Source: an uncultured Planctomycetaceae bacterium (GTDB taxonomy: Bacteria; Planctomycetota; Planctomycetia; Planctomycetales; Planctomycetaceae). From it: a DNA stretch of 64,000 nucleotides. Every line of letters starts with the position of its first letter. Position 1 is the stretch's first letter. This document shows, in pieces, positions 10,883 through 20,683 of this stretch. Location of the stretch: NCBI GenBank assembly GCA_963813715.1, contig CAWFAK010000002.1, positions 107,690-171,689 of the forward strand. The letters run 5' to 3'. The notes under the pieces were generated by a model, which did no database searches, was not told where the DNA came from, and was given only the letters and a program-made list of their open reading frames with translations. A program made the position numbers and the translations under genes.

Positions 10883-11686
10883 ATGAGACGCACCCTGCTT
10901 CCGGGGATGCTCGCCGCGATGGGGCTGGGCAGCCTGTGGTCGAGCGTCGGCGAGCGCGGCCGATCCGCCGCTCTGCAATACACCTGCCTCTTATCGCCTG
11001 TTTAACCCATCCACGATGGGACCGCGGACGAGCGGCTGCGGCCGTTGCGAGCCGATCCCCTGCGCAACCCCGGCTTCTTCCTCGACAATCCGCGGGGAAC
11101 GGGCGTGGATGATCCTTGGCGGCCTCCGCAAAAATGGCCCGAAACCCGCTATCCGGTGGTTCCCGCTTACACGCGTCCCAGCTACGGCTTCTACGAAACA
11201 TCGTGGCGGGTGTTGCCGTTGTGCAATCCGGCGCCGTACGTCGCCGGACCGCTGTCGCCGGCCAACCTGGCTTATCACCAGCCGCCCCTGCCACAGATCG
11301 CGCCAATTCCCGCCCAACAACCGCCGGGCGCGAATTCAGCCAATCCGCCGTTGCCGCGACCGCCCGTCGTGCCGCCGGCAGTGCAAGCGAGTCCGGGCGG
11401 TCCGGCCGCCGCGACTCCGCCCGCCGCCAAATCGCCGAATCCGAATGGACAAACTGCGCCGGGCGGCGTGCCGACAGCCGTGCCCCCGGTTCCCCTGCAG
11501 CCGCAGAAGCCGACGGAACCGACCAACGAGCTGCAGCCGCAGGTCCCCAAGGCCACGCCGCCGACGAATCCGCCCAGGCTGCGAGGCCCGAATCAGGGGG
11601 GCCTGCCCCTCGATGGATTCCAGCGCTCGGCCATGCTCGAATCTCCGGCCCAAGAGGAAACGGAAATCCGGGTTCAGCCGTTCTAG
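10883..11686 (+). CDS. Secreted Pro-rich hypothetical protein (two frameshifts)
   Basis: ATG 10883 MRRTLLPGMLAAMGLGSLWSSV, shifting to ASAADPPLCNTP...CGRCEPIPC, then to ORF 11045 (PSYGFYETSWR, long Pro-rich tail). Confidence 0.6.
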
Positions 11687-11745
11687 CGAGGGAGCCGGTT
11701 CTACGTTGACGCCGTGCCCGCCTCTGTTCCGGTTGAGCGCACTCT

Positions 11746-11803
11746 CCCTCGCTCACCGCTTCGGGTTGGTATCGCAGCTACTAACCCGAAGCGTCAGCGA
11801 GGG
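11746..11803. repeat. REP-like inverted repeat between convergent genes
   Basis: CCCTCGCTCACCGCTTCGGGTTGGT ... ACTAACCCGAAGCGTCAGCGAGGG, an imperfect ~24-bp stem; resembles the AACCCGAAGCGTCAGCGAGG repeats I recall from planctomycetes. Confidence 0.8.
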
Positions 11804-11836
11804 CAATGCGACCCGCGGATCAAGTTGCGCCGGGGC

Positions 11837-13315
11837 CTATTTCCGCAGCCGCCGCTGGATCTCGTCGACGATGTTCTTGATCGGCAATCGCTCCTGAGCG
11901 AGCGTGTCGCGATCGCGGATCGTCACGGTGTTGTCTTTCGCCGTTTCGCCGTCAATCGTCAGGCAGAACGGCGTGCCGATCTCGTCCTGCCGCCGATAAC
12001 GCCGGCCGATGGCCGCCTGCTGATCGAAGTAGCTGGCGATGCCCGCATCTTTGAGATCGCGATAAATGGCCAGCGCCGTTTCCGGCATGCCTTCCTTCTT
12101 GATTAAAGGCAGCACGGCCACTTTGATCGGCGCCAGCTTGGGGTGCAGCCGCAGGACCAGCCGTTCCTGCAGCTCGCCCTTTTCGTCCGGCTGCGAGTCT
12201 TCCTGATAGGCCTCGCAGAGGAAGGCGAGCGTGCCCCGGTCGGCCCCCGCGGCTGGCTCGATCACGTGGGGGATGAAGCGTTCCCGCGTTTGATCGTCGA
12301 AGTAGGAGAGATCCTTGCCGCTGCCGCGGTGGCGGGGGTTGCCCTCGGGATCTTTTTCCACCACGAGCCCGTCACCCTCGTGCACGAGCTTGCCCTCCAT
12401 GTGCGAACGCAGGTCGAAGTCGCCGCGGTGCGCGACCCCCTCCAGCTCGCCGTACTCGCCGGGCCCTAGGAACGGATAGGTGTACTCGACGTCGGCCGTG
12501 CCGACCGAATAGTGCGACAACTCGTCGGCCGTATGGTCGCGGAGGCGGAGATGCTCCTTGGAGATGCCCAGGTTGATGTACCAGTTGTAGCGGCGGTCGC
12601 GCCAGTACTGGTACCATTCCCGCGATTCGCTTGGATGGCAGAAGAATTCCATCTCCATCTGCTCGAACTCGCGTGAGCGGAACGTGAAGTTTCGCGGCGT
12701 GATTTCGTTGCGAAAGCTCTTGCCCACCTGCGCGATGCCGAAGGGGATTTTGACCCGCGTGCTGTCGCACACGTTCTTAAAGTTGACGAACATCCCCTGG
12801 GCCGTCTCCGGCCGCAGGAAGGCCGTCCCCTCTTCGCCGGCGAGGGCGCCGATGATCGTCTTGAACATCAGGTTGAATTCGCGAGGCTCAGTCAGTTTGC
12901 ACTTCTCGAACTCGCCCGGATGCCTGCTTGGCTTGAGAGGGCATTCGCTGGTCGACACGTGGTCGGCACGAAAACGGGCCTTGCATTCCTTGCAGTCGAC
13001 CATCATGTCGTGAAACAGGTCGTAGTGCCCCGAGACTTTCCAGACCTGCGGATGCATGATCAGCGACGATTCGAGCCCCACCATCGAGAAGGCACGCGGC
13101 GCGCCGGCGGGCACCGAGAACTCGTCATGGTTGGTGACCATGTCGTGGTACCAGGCATTGCGCACGTTGCGCTTCAGCTCGGTACCGAGCGGGCCGTAAT
13201 CCCAAAAGCCGTTGAGGCCGCCATAAATCTCCGACGACTGAAAGATGAACCCGCGCCGCTTGCAGAGCGCGACGATCTGATCCATCGACTTGGGGCGGTC
13301 CGTCGATTGTGACAT
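11837..13315 (-). CDS. glyQS: Glycine--tRNA ligase (homodimeric type)
   Basis: LCKRRGF..SSEIYGG, DYGPLG, LRPETAQG, FRNEITP.NF.FRSREFEQME, VIEP, IGRRYRRQDEIGTPFC. Confidence 0.97.
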   Translation of the reverse strand: MSQSTDRPKSMDQIVALCKRRGFIFQSSEIYGGLNGFWDYGPLGTELKRNVRNAWYHDMVTNHDEFSVPAGAPRAFSMVGLESSLIMHPQVWKVSGHYDLFHDMMVDCKECKARFRADHVSTSECPLKPSRHPGEFEKCKLTEPREFNLMFKTIIGALAGEEGTAFLRPETAQGMFVNFKNVCDSTRVKIPFGIAQVGKSFRNEITPRNFTFRSREFEQMEMEFFCHPSESREWYQYWRDRRYNWYINLGISKEHLRLRDHTADELSHYSVGTADVEYTYPFLGPGEYGELEGVAHRGDFDLRSHMEGKLVHEGDGLVVEKDPEGNPRHRGSGKDLSYFDDQTRERFIPHVIEPAAGADRGTLAFLCEAYQEDSQPDEKGELQERLVLRLHPKLAPIKVAVLPLIKKEGMPETALAIYRDLKDAGIASYFDQQAAIGRRYRRQDEIGTPFCLTIDGETAKDNTVTIRDRDTLAQERLPIKNIVDEIQRRLRK

Positions 13316-13461
13316 GGGTGGTTGGTGGCTCCGGTGCGTCGCGGCACGAACGATTTAATCTGAACGACAAACTGCCTCAGGGGGACGCCGGTAGGGTAGC
13401 GGAAGAGCGTCGAATCGCACAGGGTGGACCCGGGCCACCTTAAGGCACGCCGTTCCGAAGG

Positions 13462-15204
13462 TTACTGGCGGTACGGTTTGTGCGCTCGGAATAACTCGAG
13501 ACGCCCACTGAGTTTCGGCTTCTGTTGCTGCGAAGCGATCGCAATCGCCTTCTCCTGCCACTTGAGGGCGCTCGAAAAATCGTCGCGTTCGGCATAGGCC
13601 GCGGCGAGCGTGCTCAGGAACTCGATGTTGTTCCAGGAGGTCCGCTCGCAGGCTCGCGTGGCGTCCTGGACTGCCTTCGTCCCGTCTCGATACGTGGGTT
13701 CGGCGCATGTCGCGACGAACCAGGCTCGGGCGTTCCTGGCGACCGCTGACCTTGGGTCGATCAGAACCGCCTGGTCGTAGTTTGAGGCCGCTTCGGCGAA
13801 ATCGGCTTTGGCGCGGGCCGCGTCCCCGCGACCCACGTACCCGAGGGGGTCCTTCGGGGCGTGTCGAATTGCCTCCCCGAAGGCCGAAATCGCCTGATCG
13901 TAATCGGACAGGGCTTTGTCGGATTCCCCCTGGGCTTGCCGCCCGAGGCCGCGGTTCTTGTAGGCCCTTGCCTTGTCGTAGCTCTCCTCCGCGAGCTGAA
14001 TCGTTTGCTCGTAGTCGGCGATGGCTTTGTGGTATTGGCCTTTCGCCTGCTGGGCGTCGCCGCGGTAAAAGTACCCGCGAACATTGTTCGGATCGTGCCA
14101 AAGCGCCTCGGTGTAGTTGGAAATCGCCCGGTCATATTCCCCCTTGGCATACCACGCGAGCCCGCGCCCGACGTAAGAATCTGCGTGCTTCGGCTCCAAT
14201 CGAATCGCCTCGTTCAAATCGGAAAGACTCTTGTCGTACTGCCCCCTGTCGAACCAGAGGTAGGCACGGTTGCGGTAGTGCCGCGGCTCGGTCGGATCGA
14301 TCCGGATGGCCTCGCCCAGGTCGCATAGAGATTTGTCTTCATCGCGCGACTGGACAGCGGCGGCGTGACAGCTGTAGGCATCTGCATCGCGCGGGTTGAG
14401 ACGGATGGCCTGATCGACATCGGCGATCGCAGCATCGACGTTGTTCTGGGCGAGGCGCGCAATCCCGCGGCGTTTGTACGCCTCCGCGTTTCGTTTATCG
14501 AGGGCGATGGCCTGGTCGAAATCGGCGATCGCTGCATCGAAGCTGCCTTGAGCGACGCGTGCTAATCCGCGGGTTGTGTACGCATCTGGGCTCCGCGGAT
14601 CGAGAGTCACCGCGCGGTCGAAGTCGGCAACTGCCTCGTTGAATCTTCCCCGGTTCGACCACAAGCCTCCCCGGTCGATAAATATTTGTGGGTCCTTGGG
14701 GTCGAGCCGAATCGCTTCCTGGAAGTCGGTGGCGGCTTTTGCGAATTCACTCTTTTGCGCCCACGTCAATCCGCGCTCGCTCCAAACCCGCGCTACTTTC
14801 GGGTCGAGCCGGATTGCTTCGCCGAAGTCCGCGAGCGCTTTGTCGTAGGCGTGTTGATCGCACCAGAATCCGTCCTCGAATAGCGTACGCTCGTGCCGAT
14901 GGGTTTCGCTTCAACGCGGCGTCGATGAAATTGACTGCCTGTGAGAGAGGGACGACGTCGGAGCGGCTGATCCAGCCCATGACGGTCCCCTTGTTGCTCG
15001 TCCAAACGACCCAAAAGAGATCGTGATCGATGTCCTCCACCTCCAGAATTTCCCACTGGGGGACCGACCCGCACCTGCGCCCCGATCTCGCAGCGGTCCC
15101 GTCTCGGCTGTGACGACGATCGTGTCGCCGACCTGTTGCCCGAGCGCGACACCCGAGCATGAGATAATCACGCCACAAACGGCAAGCAGCTTGAATGTGC
15201 GCAC
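13462..15204 (-). CDS. Secreted tetratricopeptide-repeat protein (frameshifts at about 14.8-15.1 kb)
   Basis: About 10 or more repeats of the type A..D...AI.LDP....Y..RG; C-terminal N..AW..ATC....RDG..A...A..AC; signal peptide in ORF 14911..15204. Confidence 0.85.
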
Positions 15205-15324
15205 GTGTGAACCCCGCAGATCTCATTTGGGAAGGAGTCGCCGGTCCTGCGTCCGTTATCTGAGGCGGCGCAGAGTTTCCCGGATTCTTCGCGTGGCGCG
15301 AAGGCGGTTTTGCCGACAGTGGGA

Positions 15325-16122
15325 TTAGAGTCCGGAGCCGCCGGCAATCGTGATCGCCCGCGTAAGCGGCGAATACTCCGGCACGACGGCAATCGAGTCC
15401 AGTTCGGCGGCGCGGACGATGTCCTGGTCGAAACCTAACTCGACCAGGTTGCAGCCGCCCGAGCTCTCGCGCAGTTCACGGATACGTTGGGCGGGTCGAA
15501 CATTGTCGGTCCAGTACCCGGCTGCCTTCTCGGTGGCGTAGTCGGCGAATTCGAGGTTGCCCAAGCTTGCCAGGTCGGCTGCGATCGCACCAGCGCCCAA
15601 CAAATCCTCGGAAGTCACGCACCCGTCGGTGCCGGCGCAGACCAAATGGATCGGGCGACCCTCGGCGCGGAGCGCGTCGACAATGGCCTGACGGTTGACC
15701 AGCGCGCCGATCAGCACGCGGGCCGCTTCTTGGGTCCGCAGCAGGGCGGCTGTTCCGTTGGTGGTCGTGAATGCGATCGACCTGCCGGCGACCCGTTCGC
15801 GCGTGTACGAGGCGGGCGAGTTGTCGAGGTCGAACCCCTCGATTTTCACGCCCCCTCGTTCGCCCCCCGTCAGCGTGTTGCCGGTCTCGTCTTCCGCGGC
15901 CAGGCTCCGGGCTGTGTCGACAAGCCCGCAGGGGATGACGCGGGCCGCCCCGTTGGCGAGGGCCACGATGATCGTGGTCGAGGCCCGCAGCACGTCGATT
16001 ACTACGGCCACGCCGCCCGCCAGATCCCCCGGCTCGATGTTCGCCGGCAGCGGGTAAATTCGGACAGTTTGACGGCCGAACTGCGGCTGACGGCTGGGCT
16101 GAGGTTTTTTGACGCGATCCAT
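15325..16122 (-). CDS. comB: 2-phosphosulfolactate phosphatase family protein
   Basis: VVIDVLRASTTI, GGERGG..I.GFDLDNSP, TTTNGT, CAGT....EDLLGAG. Start uncertain. Confidence 0.9.
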   Translation of the reverse strand: MDRVKKPQPSRQPQFGRQTVRIYPLPANIEPGDLAGGVAVVIDVLRASTTIIVALANGAARVIPCGLVDTARSLAAEDETGNTLTGGERGGVKIEGFDLDNSPASYTRERVAGRSIAFTTTNGTAALLRTQEAARVLIGALVNRQAIVDALRAEGRPIHLVCAGTDGCVTSEDLLGAGAIAADLASLGNLEFADYATEKAAGYWTDNVRPAQRIRELRESSGGCNLVELGFDQDIVRAAELDSIAVVPEYSPLTRAITIAGGSGL

Positions 16123-16352
16123 GACGCGATAATAGGTCGTCGCGGACGACGGGTCGAGCGGTCGGAAGTCCGTCGCGGATCGCCCGGCGACGGGTATTCC
16201 CGAGGTCGCCGGGTCAGCAACTTCGGCGGTCGAAGGACCGACTCCAGCCGACAATTTCGCTTCCGGTTTTGACCGTGGTCCGCGAGCGGAGATAGGATAG
16301 TGTTGAGCCGCGAGTTTGCACATTTCCGTGGAAAAACAGCCTGGTTAAATCG

Positions 16353-17782
16353 ATGAATCTCTGCCGTTCCGCAAAGTTGGCAGTTGCCGTGGGTGCCCTG
16401 ATTTGTGCCGAGGTCCGCGGGGCTGAAGAGCCTCGCGTCACCGTCGCACTCGTTTCGGCCCAAACCCAGACAGCCGTCCGCGCAAGCCAAGACGGGCGAC
16501 GCCGATGCCGGCCAAGCAGTCGGACGAACCGAAGGCCGAGGCGGCGCCTCTCAAAAAACTCACCATCCGCGCCCTCGATGCGGAGGGCAGCCCCGTTTCC
16601 GGAGCCCACGTCGGCCTGGGAGCGCATTTCGGCGGAGCCGAGGAGCCCAAAAAACCGAGCGACCGGGACGCCGACGGCTTTGTTTACGAATGGCACTGCC
16701 TCACCAATTCGCGCGGTGTCGCCGAGCTCGAGGCGGGCGGCGCCGACCTTCGCCCCCTGCTCGGTGAGCGTGGGATTTTCGTGCGAGAAGACAAACGGCA
16801 CCTGGCGGCCGTCGTGCATCTCGATGCGGCCAAGGCGAAAGACAAGCTCGACGTTTCGCTGCTTCCTGAGTGCTACATCACGGGCAAGGTGCTGTCGCCT
16901 CAGCTCAAGAAGGACGAAAAGCCGCTGGGGATGACGACCGTGTCGCTCGGCGACGGCGACCGGGTGACGCTGACTTACACCTCCGAGGGGACGGGCGACT
17001 ATCACTTCTTCGTGCCCCCCGGGGACTATCTGCTCGACGCGGGCGGGAGCAACATCGTCCGCGTGTTCGCGACGATCGAGGTTCCCAACAAAGAGCACGA
17101 CCTGGTGTTCGAGCCGATGACGGCCGCGCCCAGCAAGCTGGCCCTCCTCGAAGGCCAACCGGCTCCCGAGCTACGCGGCGCCGTCGCTTGGAAGAACGGC
17201 CCCCCGCAGACGATCGCCGGGCAGAAAGGGAAGTGCGTGCTCTTGTTTTTCTGGCGGGCGACGTCGCCGGCCTCGCTCGAGGCGGTGCCCGCCGTGGTCG
17301 ATCTCTACGACAAGCTGAAGATGCAAGGGCTTGTCGTCCTCGGGGTGCAAGTCGACGTCGACGCCGACAAGAAGCCGATCGACAGCGCGCAGAAGCTCGA
17401 CGACGCAATCGCCAAGGTCCGTCAGGAAAGCTGGGGCGGACACGACATCCCCTTCCCCGTCGCGATCGTGCCGCCCACCCCGACGCCCTGGGGTTACAAA
17501 GCGGATCCCACGCAATGGGCTGACAGTCAAGTGGCGGCCGATTACGGCGTGACTCAGTACCCCACGGTGCTGCTGATCGACCGCCACGGCGTGCTGGTCA
17601 GTGAGCTGGTCGATTCGGACCAATCGCTGGCGCTGTTGGCGAAGACGCTTGGATTGCGGCCCGCGGTTGCGGCCTCCGCGCCGCCCAAGCCGTCGGGAAC
17701 ATCGCCCAAGACGCCGGCCACGCCGCCCAAAGCTCCGGATCCCGCGGCGAAACCGGCCCAAACGCCGTCCCGCTCGCCCTGA
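16353..17782 (+). CDS. Secreted protein with carboxypeptidase-regulatory-like and TlpA/redoxin-like domains (frameshift near 16.5 kb)
   Basis: Signal peptide in ORF 16353; D.EG.PV.GA.V; G.PAPEL, GK.VLL.FW, YGV..YPT.LLIDR.G. The CxxC position reads SPAS. Confidence 0.75.
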
Positions 17783-17808
17783 TCCTGTCGATTCGCTGCG
17801 TACCCGGC

Positions 17809-19110
17809 GTGCGAGACCGGGACAGTGGACGCCTGGCATTTGGATCGCCAAAACATCGCTTTGCCCTGAGAGGACTGTTTGCCGTGGTTCAGCGCTGGTT
17901 GTTCCGCATCTTTATGCTTGCCGTCATTCTGGGCGGCCTGGCGTGGATCGTCTCACTGACCATTTTCGGCGAGCCCGCTCCGGAATTGGAGTTCGAGGCG
18001 AAGGGCGACCAGGTGGTTGACCTCGAATACTCTCCCGACGGCACAAAGCTGGCGGTCGTGACCTACGAATTGAAGCCTCCCAATGGGGCCAAGGTGCAGG
18101 TAACCCGCATCTACCAGGCGAGCAGTGGCAAGCCGGTCCATTCGCTTGAGCAAGCCGGCTGGCGGTGCAATTGGAACTCCGACGGCTCGCTGCTCGTTGT
18201 CTCGGACGTGAACGGGAAGGACTTCGACATCTATGACACGGCCAAGTGGGAACTCAAAAAGCACCTGACGCTGACCCCGTCGCGGAAGAGCTCCGACGCG
18301 GAGTCAAAAGGCAACTCGGAGTCGAAAGACAGCGTACAGTCCAAAGACAGCGCAGAGTCGAAAGACAAGAAGGACAAAACGGACTACAAAGAGTACGAGC
18401 CGCCCAACCCGACCGCCTCTCACCTGAAGGCGATTCCCGGCATCGTTCAGTCGCTCGCATTCACGCGTCAGGGGAGCTTGTTCGCGGTCATTTTTGCCGA
18501 GGACGCCGACTCGAGCTATCAGCTCAATCACGCCAAGGTCTGGTGGGACCCGCTGCACTCCTCGGCAGAAGCGGAGTCGATCGGCTCCTGCGATGGCGCG
18601 TGGGATATGGGGGTCGTCAGCTCGGGCATGGACGCGATGCTCGCCCTGTCCTACAGCACTTCCTGCCCCCCCGAAGTTCTGAACATTTCACCCCGCGGCA
18701 ATTCGATCTTCGTGCAGGGCAAGGTGGAATTGAAAAACTTGCCGCACCCGCTCGTGGCGCCGCGCCTGCGGCTCACGCAGGACGGGAATTATCTGGTCGC
18801 CCGCGATGAGCAGCGACTCGACGTGATTACGCTCTCCTCCACGGGACCGCAAGTCGTTTCTTCCATCGCTTCGCCGACCAAGGCGGTCAAAGGCTCGATG
18901 ATTTACTGGAAGGAGCTCGAGCTTTCCCGCGACGGGCGTTTTGCCGCCTACGCGTCTGAACCCTATCTGCGCGTCATTCGCATTCCCGACGGCAAGCAAG
19001 TGCTCGAAATCGTGCACAAGCCGTGCGCGTTCGCGTTGGCGCCCGACGGGTCGCAGTTGGCCGTGGCCGATCGCGACCACCTTTCGATTCGGCTCTACCG
19101 TGTTCCGTAG
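17809..19110 (+). CDS. Membrane-anchored WD40/beta-propeller protein
   Basis: N-terminal TM; repeats YSPDGTKLAV, WNSDGSLLV, LSRDGRFAA, LAPDGSQLAV. Start uncertain. Confidence 0.75.
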   Translation: MRDRDSGRLAFGSPKHRFALRGLFAVVQRWLFRIFMLAVILGGLAWIVSLTIFGEPAPELEFEAKGDQVVDLEYSPDGTKLAVVTYELKPPNGAKVQVTRIYQASSGKPVHSLEQAGWRCNWNSDGSLLVVSDVNGKDFDIYDTAKWELKKHLTLTPSRKSSDAESKGNSESKDSVQSKDSAESKDKKDKTDYKEYEPPNPTASHLKAIPGIVQSLAFTRQGSLFAVIFAEDADSSYQLNHAKVWWDPLHSSAEAESIGSCDGAWDMGVVSSGMDAMLALSYSTSCPPEVLNISPRGNSIFVQGKVELKNLPHPLVAPRLRLTQDGNYLVARDEQRLDVITLSSTGPQVVSSIASPTKAVKGSMIYWKELELSRDGRFAAYASEPYLRVIRIPDGKQVLEIVHKPCAFALAPDGSQLAVADRDHLSIRLYRVP

Positions 19111-19157
19111 CGCCGCCGTGTCACGTAGCACGTGCCGCGCGGGGCGGCGGACGGGGT

Positions 19158-20522
19158 CTAGTCCTCGCGCGCCTCGCTGAGGTAGAGCGTTTCGGTCGTC
19201 GGCGAGTAGCCGAACAACTCGGCCGACCGGCCCCAGTTGACGATCGTGTCGAACAGGGGCTCGACGTCGCGGGTCGACATCCGCATGACCAGCTCTTCCT
19301 CGACGATCTCTTTGGGAAGCTCGTGCTCGGGGGCGGCCTCGAGACGTTTGATCAGGAAGCGGAACAGGTCGAGTTTGAGCACCTGTTCGCGAAGGATCGT
19401 CTTGCGGTCGGCAATGTCCTCGACGATGAAGTGACGCCCCAGATCGGTGAGCACGACCATTTCTTTTGGCGTGTCGAGGAAGTCGAGAATTTCGCCCGCC
19501 ATCACCAGGGCCAGCGTGTGGCCGAACTCGGCGTCGGTCAATTTTTCGAGCGTGAAGACGTCGACCTTCCCCTGGTGGTCGTGCACGATTTCCAGGAGAC
19601 CGAATACCTGCTCCAGCTCGACGCAGGGGATCGGTTCCATCGCCATCCCGGGAATCGACGATGCGGCCTCGGCCTGCGGCGGCTCGTCCGGCATGTGCTC
19701 CGACACGATGATCTGGTGGATCTGCCGCACGAATTGCAGAAAAGCCTGCGACTGCGCGTTGCGGGGGTGCGGAATGGTGTTGCGCATGATCTGGCGGATG
19801 TGCCCGGGCATCGTTCCCATGATCACGATGCGGTCGGCCAAGAGGACCGCTTCTTCAATCAGGTGCGTGATCATCACGATGCTTTTGAGGCTCGACGGCG
19901 CGGCCAGGCGATCGTTCGAGGACCCGCTGCGAGCCACCCACAGGTTGTAGATTTCGCTGCGAAGGCTCTCGGCAGTGAAGACGTCGAGGGCGCTGAACGG
20001 CTCGTCCATGCACAGCAACTCGGGACCGCGGGCCATGGCCCGGGCGATGCCCACCCGCTGCTTCATCCCGCCCGACAGCTCCTTGGGAAAGGCCTCGCGG
20101 TGGCCTCCCAGCCCGACCATCTGAATCGAGCGGGTGACCCGGTCGGTCGCCTCTTCCTTGTCGAGGTTCAAGCCCGAGAGGGCCATTTCGACGTTCTGCT
20201 TCACCGTCAGCCAGGGAAAGAGGCCAAAGTTCTGGAAGACGAGGGCCACGCCCGGATGCATGCCAACGAGCGGCTTGCCGTGAGCCAAAACGCGGCCGCG
20301 CGTGGGCGGGATCAGCCCGACGAGCACCCGCAACAACGTGCTCTTGCCGCAGCCGCTGGGGCCCAAAATGCCGAGGATTTCGTTCGGGCAAATCTCGAGC
20401 GAGACATCCTCCAGCACGTTGCCGCACGTCGGGCCGTATGCCAAGCAGACGTTCTGCGCCGCAGAAATGGCGCATTCGCTCGTGGCCGGCAGGGCAATCG
20501 ACGATTCACGCAGGGTGGTCAA
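19158..20522 (-). CDS. NitT/TauT-type ABC ATPase with a C-terminal AAA-associated domain
   Basis: GPSGCGKST, LSGGMKQR, LCMDEPFSALD, MITH; C-terminal extension ending WGRSAELFGY. Confidence 0.92.
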   Translation of the reverse strand: MTTLRESSIALPATSECAISAAQNVCLAYGPTCGNVLEDVSLEICPNEILGILGPSGCGKSTLLRVLVGLIPPTRGRVLAHGKPLVGMHPGVALVFQNFGLFPWLTVKQNVEMALSGLNLDKEEATDRVTRSIQMVGLGGHREAFPKELSGGMKQRVGIARAMARGPELLCMDEPFSALDVFTAESLRSEIYNLWVARSGSSNDRLAAPSSLKSIVMITHLIEEAVLLADRIVIMGTMPGHIRQIMRNTIPHPRNAQSQAFLQFVRQIHQIIVSEHMPDEPPQAEAASSIPGMAMEPIPCVELEQVFGLLEIVHDHQGKVDVFTLEKLTDAEFGHTLALVMAGEILDFLDTPKEMVVLTDLGRHFIVEDIADRKTILREQVLKLDLFRFLIKRLEAAPEHELPKEIVEEELVMRMSTRDVEPLFDTIVNWGRSAELFGYSPTTETLYLSEARED

Positions 20523-20590
20523 CGGGACGTTCCGAATGTCGGGAGCGAGTTTTCGACCGGGCCTAGGCTCAAGCTCGAGCAGCCTCGTTC

Positions 20591-20657
20591 AAGTTTACGC
20601 GCGTCGCTTAAGTTTATGCGCGCCCTATAAGTTTACGAGTGCCAGTCAAGTTTACGT
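20591..20657. repeat. Four direct repeats AAGTTTA(C/T)G with an exact 19-bp period
   Basis: Copies start at 20591, 20610, 20629 and 20648; the intervening 10-nt spacers differ. Confidence 0.9.
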
Positions 20658-20683
20658 GCAGAGAGGCCGTGCCGACCATCCGA

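Noticed and set aside
20591..20657. CRISPR array
   Set aside because: The 9-bp repeat and 10-bp spacers are far too short; no cas genes.
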